Source: Anolis carolinensis
Lineage: Eukaryota
Direction: 5' to 3'
DNA length: 64,000 nt
NCBI RefSeq assembly: GCF_035594765.1
Contig: NC_085846.1
Coordinates: 7,055,190-7,119,189, forward strand
Under the pieces are notes generated by a model, which was not told the DNA's origin, did no database searches, and was given only the letters and a program-made list of their open reading frames with translations. This document shows positions 61,786-64,000 of the stretch, in pieces (position 1 is the stretch's first letter; the number at the start of each line of letters is the position of its first letter). Position numbers and translations under genes: made by a program.

Positions 61786-64000
61786 TTATTTTCTTGTTCT
61801 CTTGGTGTGAATCTCACCATACATGACTCCTTTCTCTTGCACCAGTGGGTCCACCCTCTCCATCGCTGATCCAGAAGAAGGAGAAGCAGAAGAGAAGGCG
61901 AGATGGGCATAAGCCACCTCTGAGCCCTGCAGAAGCAAAGAAAAATTGAGGATAGAGACCAGGGACAGCTGGACGTTTCCAGTTTGGTGCTGAATCAAGT
62001 AAATAGGATTTGTGTGTGCTATCCAATGAGCTAAATTTTATCAATAAGATTTTAAAAAGCTATTCATACTGCTGAACACAATGAATAGGAGATGAATCTC
62101 TTTCATAAGATTCGTCCCTTTGGATACTTCAATTAAAGCCCTGCAGCAGATTAACTTGCAGCCCAGACATAGAACCCAAGTAGAACAAATTATGTCCCAA
62201 TTTGGGAAAAACATACACCCTACAATTATGAGTCTCAAAAGCCCATGCAAAAATTATATCAAACATCCTATAGAGTGTCTGGATTGAGAAATAATCACAA
62301 ATGTCTCAGCGATGGGAGGCTACATCTTACAGAAAATCCATCCAATCTGTCGCTACCTGTAAGTCTCTGTCTGTTGGTTCTTTGGATTCCAGCCGACAAA
62401 GTTCCTTCTGATTCTTCTTGTTTTCTCCAGAATCACATTCTTGATGAGGTTTTGATACTTTCAGAGAAAAGAAAAGACAAGTTGGTGGAAATATGATCTC
62501 TGCTGTCATTTTCATTGTCTTGTTGGGCAAATTACCAACAAGTTAAGCAAGAAGGTGGATTCCAGGGATGTTACAGACCCTTGGTTACAATATGAAAACT
62601 ATGAAAGAGGCCCCACCAGCTCAATCACATACCACAGTTCGTTCGCCTGAAGCGGAAAGCGAAGGGAATCACCAACAGGATCAGAAATAGAACCGCAAAC
62701 CATGCTGTGTATGCCGTTTGAAAATGCACAGAACTGGAAACTGATAAAGGAAACAAATGAGCAAAATATTTACTGTTCCCCACACATTCTTTGTCTCAAA
62801 TTTTAGCATATTCTTGAAAATTCAGAGTGGATTAGTAACAATACTTTCAATATAGAAACCCTTAAGGCTAGCTGTTAAAATGCCCCCCAAAAAACCAAGC
62901 CTCCAGTTCCTTGTCCTGGAAAAAGGATCTTCTTATATGACTTTCAGAAGGTAACTTGGATCAAGTTTTTATAGACAGATTCCAGAAAGGAAAAGACAAC
63001 AGATTATAAAGGACTGTGTACACATGTGTTTTTCACAAACACATGAAGATAACCCATGAAGAAAATGGTAAACTGTCATGATATTTTTCACACTTTAAGA
63101 GTGATTTTTTCTTGACATTCATTTGTGTCACAAAAAAATTCATTTAGTGTTTGAAATAAAAATGGGGGTTTGAAAGCTGCTACAGTCTCACCCAGTTATC
63201 CATTTTTGCATGAAATAAATAGAATGGAATGAACAACACATTGCACATTTAATTCAATCATCCCTGGAAGAACACCTGGTGGCAGCAGGTGGCTAACAGA
63301 TCAATGGAGTAATGCATAAGCTTTAAAGAAGGTGTTGAAACTACAGAGAATAGAATCCAGCCCTTTGGGAAGCTTCATTAAGCTTTAGACTAAATTCGGG
63401 AGTGGATTCCATTCCTGTGGTTTGCACTAAATCCAGAAATGGGTTTCCATCTGTGCTCACATGGAAACCATCCTCATAAGTGAGAGCCGAAGGACCCTAA
63501 CAGGCTGAATATCAACATCAAATAAGCAGCATTTGTGGCTGGAACTGGGACCCGACAGAACAAGGGCCTAATCCAGATGTATGGCACCCTCAACCCAGAG
63601 TGACGATAATCCCCAACAATGGTCCCGTTTTCTTTGCAACACCTCATGTGTAGCAGTCGAGGCTCCCCAAAGGAACACAGCTTTTCTCCTCCCGTCATCT
63701 CCACCACGTTATTTGATTTCAAGCAAAACACAGTAATAAGAATCCCCTTTCAGTACAAAGCTCTAATCACTAGGTAGCAATGCAGCCACCCTCCCCAAAA
63801 GGACTCACCTGTGACGTTGACCTTCTGGCTCCAGGGAGACAAGATCCACCTGCCGCTCATGTTTACTTCATACCTGCAGGTATATTCCCCTGTGTGGTTG
63901 GGCTGGGCTTGTAGGTGGATGCTCAGAGAGACCTCGGAAGGGGCACCACCAGACCCTTCGGAGCAATTCAGAGACCCCTGGTTGGGGACCCCAATCTCAG
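61786..64000 (-). CDS. Ig-superfamily inhibitory receptor C (paralogue of B), 3' part; 5' exons lie outside the window
   Basis: Exons 63809-64000 and beyond (…HTGEYTCRYEVNMSGRWILSPWSQKVNVT), 62633-62740 (TM WFAVLFLILLVIPFAF-RFRR), 62357-62457, 61786-61926 (VAYAHL, VMYGEI, stop). Confidence 0.85.

Overview
Vertebrate genomic DNA. The repeat content (Sauria SINE, CR1, L2, Penelope-like elements, many hAT, pogo and Harbinger-like MITEs) points to a squamate reptile, probably Anolis; this is inferred, not proven. The window has three blocks. (1) 1-17.9 kb: the 5' half of KIF4A on the minus strand, head-to-head with a complete PDZD11 on the plus strand across a CpG-island bidirectional promoter. 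(2) 21-42.3 kb: a small replication-dependent histone cluster (H1, H3.2, H2B, H4, H2B, all minus strand, no H2A) interleaved with six intact tRNA genes and one decayed tRNA-Leu. (3) 43.7-64 kb: a tandem array of multi-exon type-I membrane Ig-superfamily receptors with LRC/FcR-like C2 domains, which I assembled exon by exon. Two carry twin ITIMs. One lacks the canonical ITIM pair and instead carries YxxM and YxN motifs, so the array is a candidate paired inhibitory/activating immune receptor family. About a dozen Penelope pseudo-LTR copies carry minimal type-I hammerhead ribozyme motifs. All coordinates were read by hand from the sequence; no database search was run.
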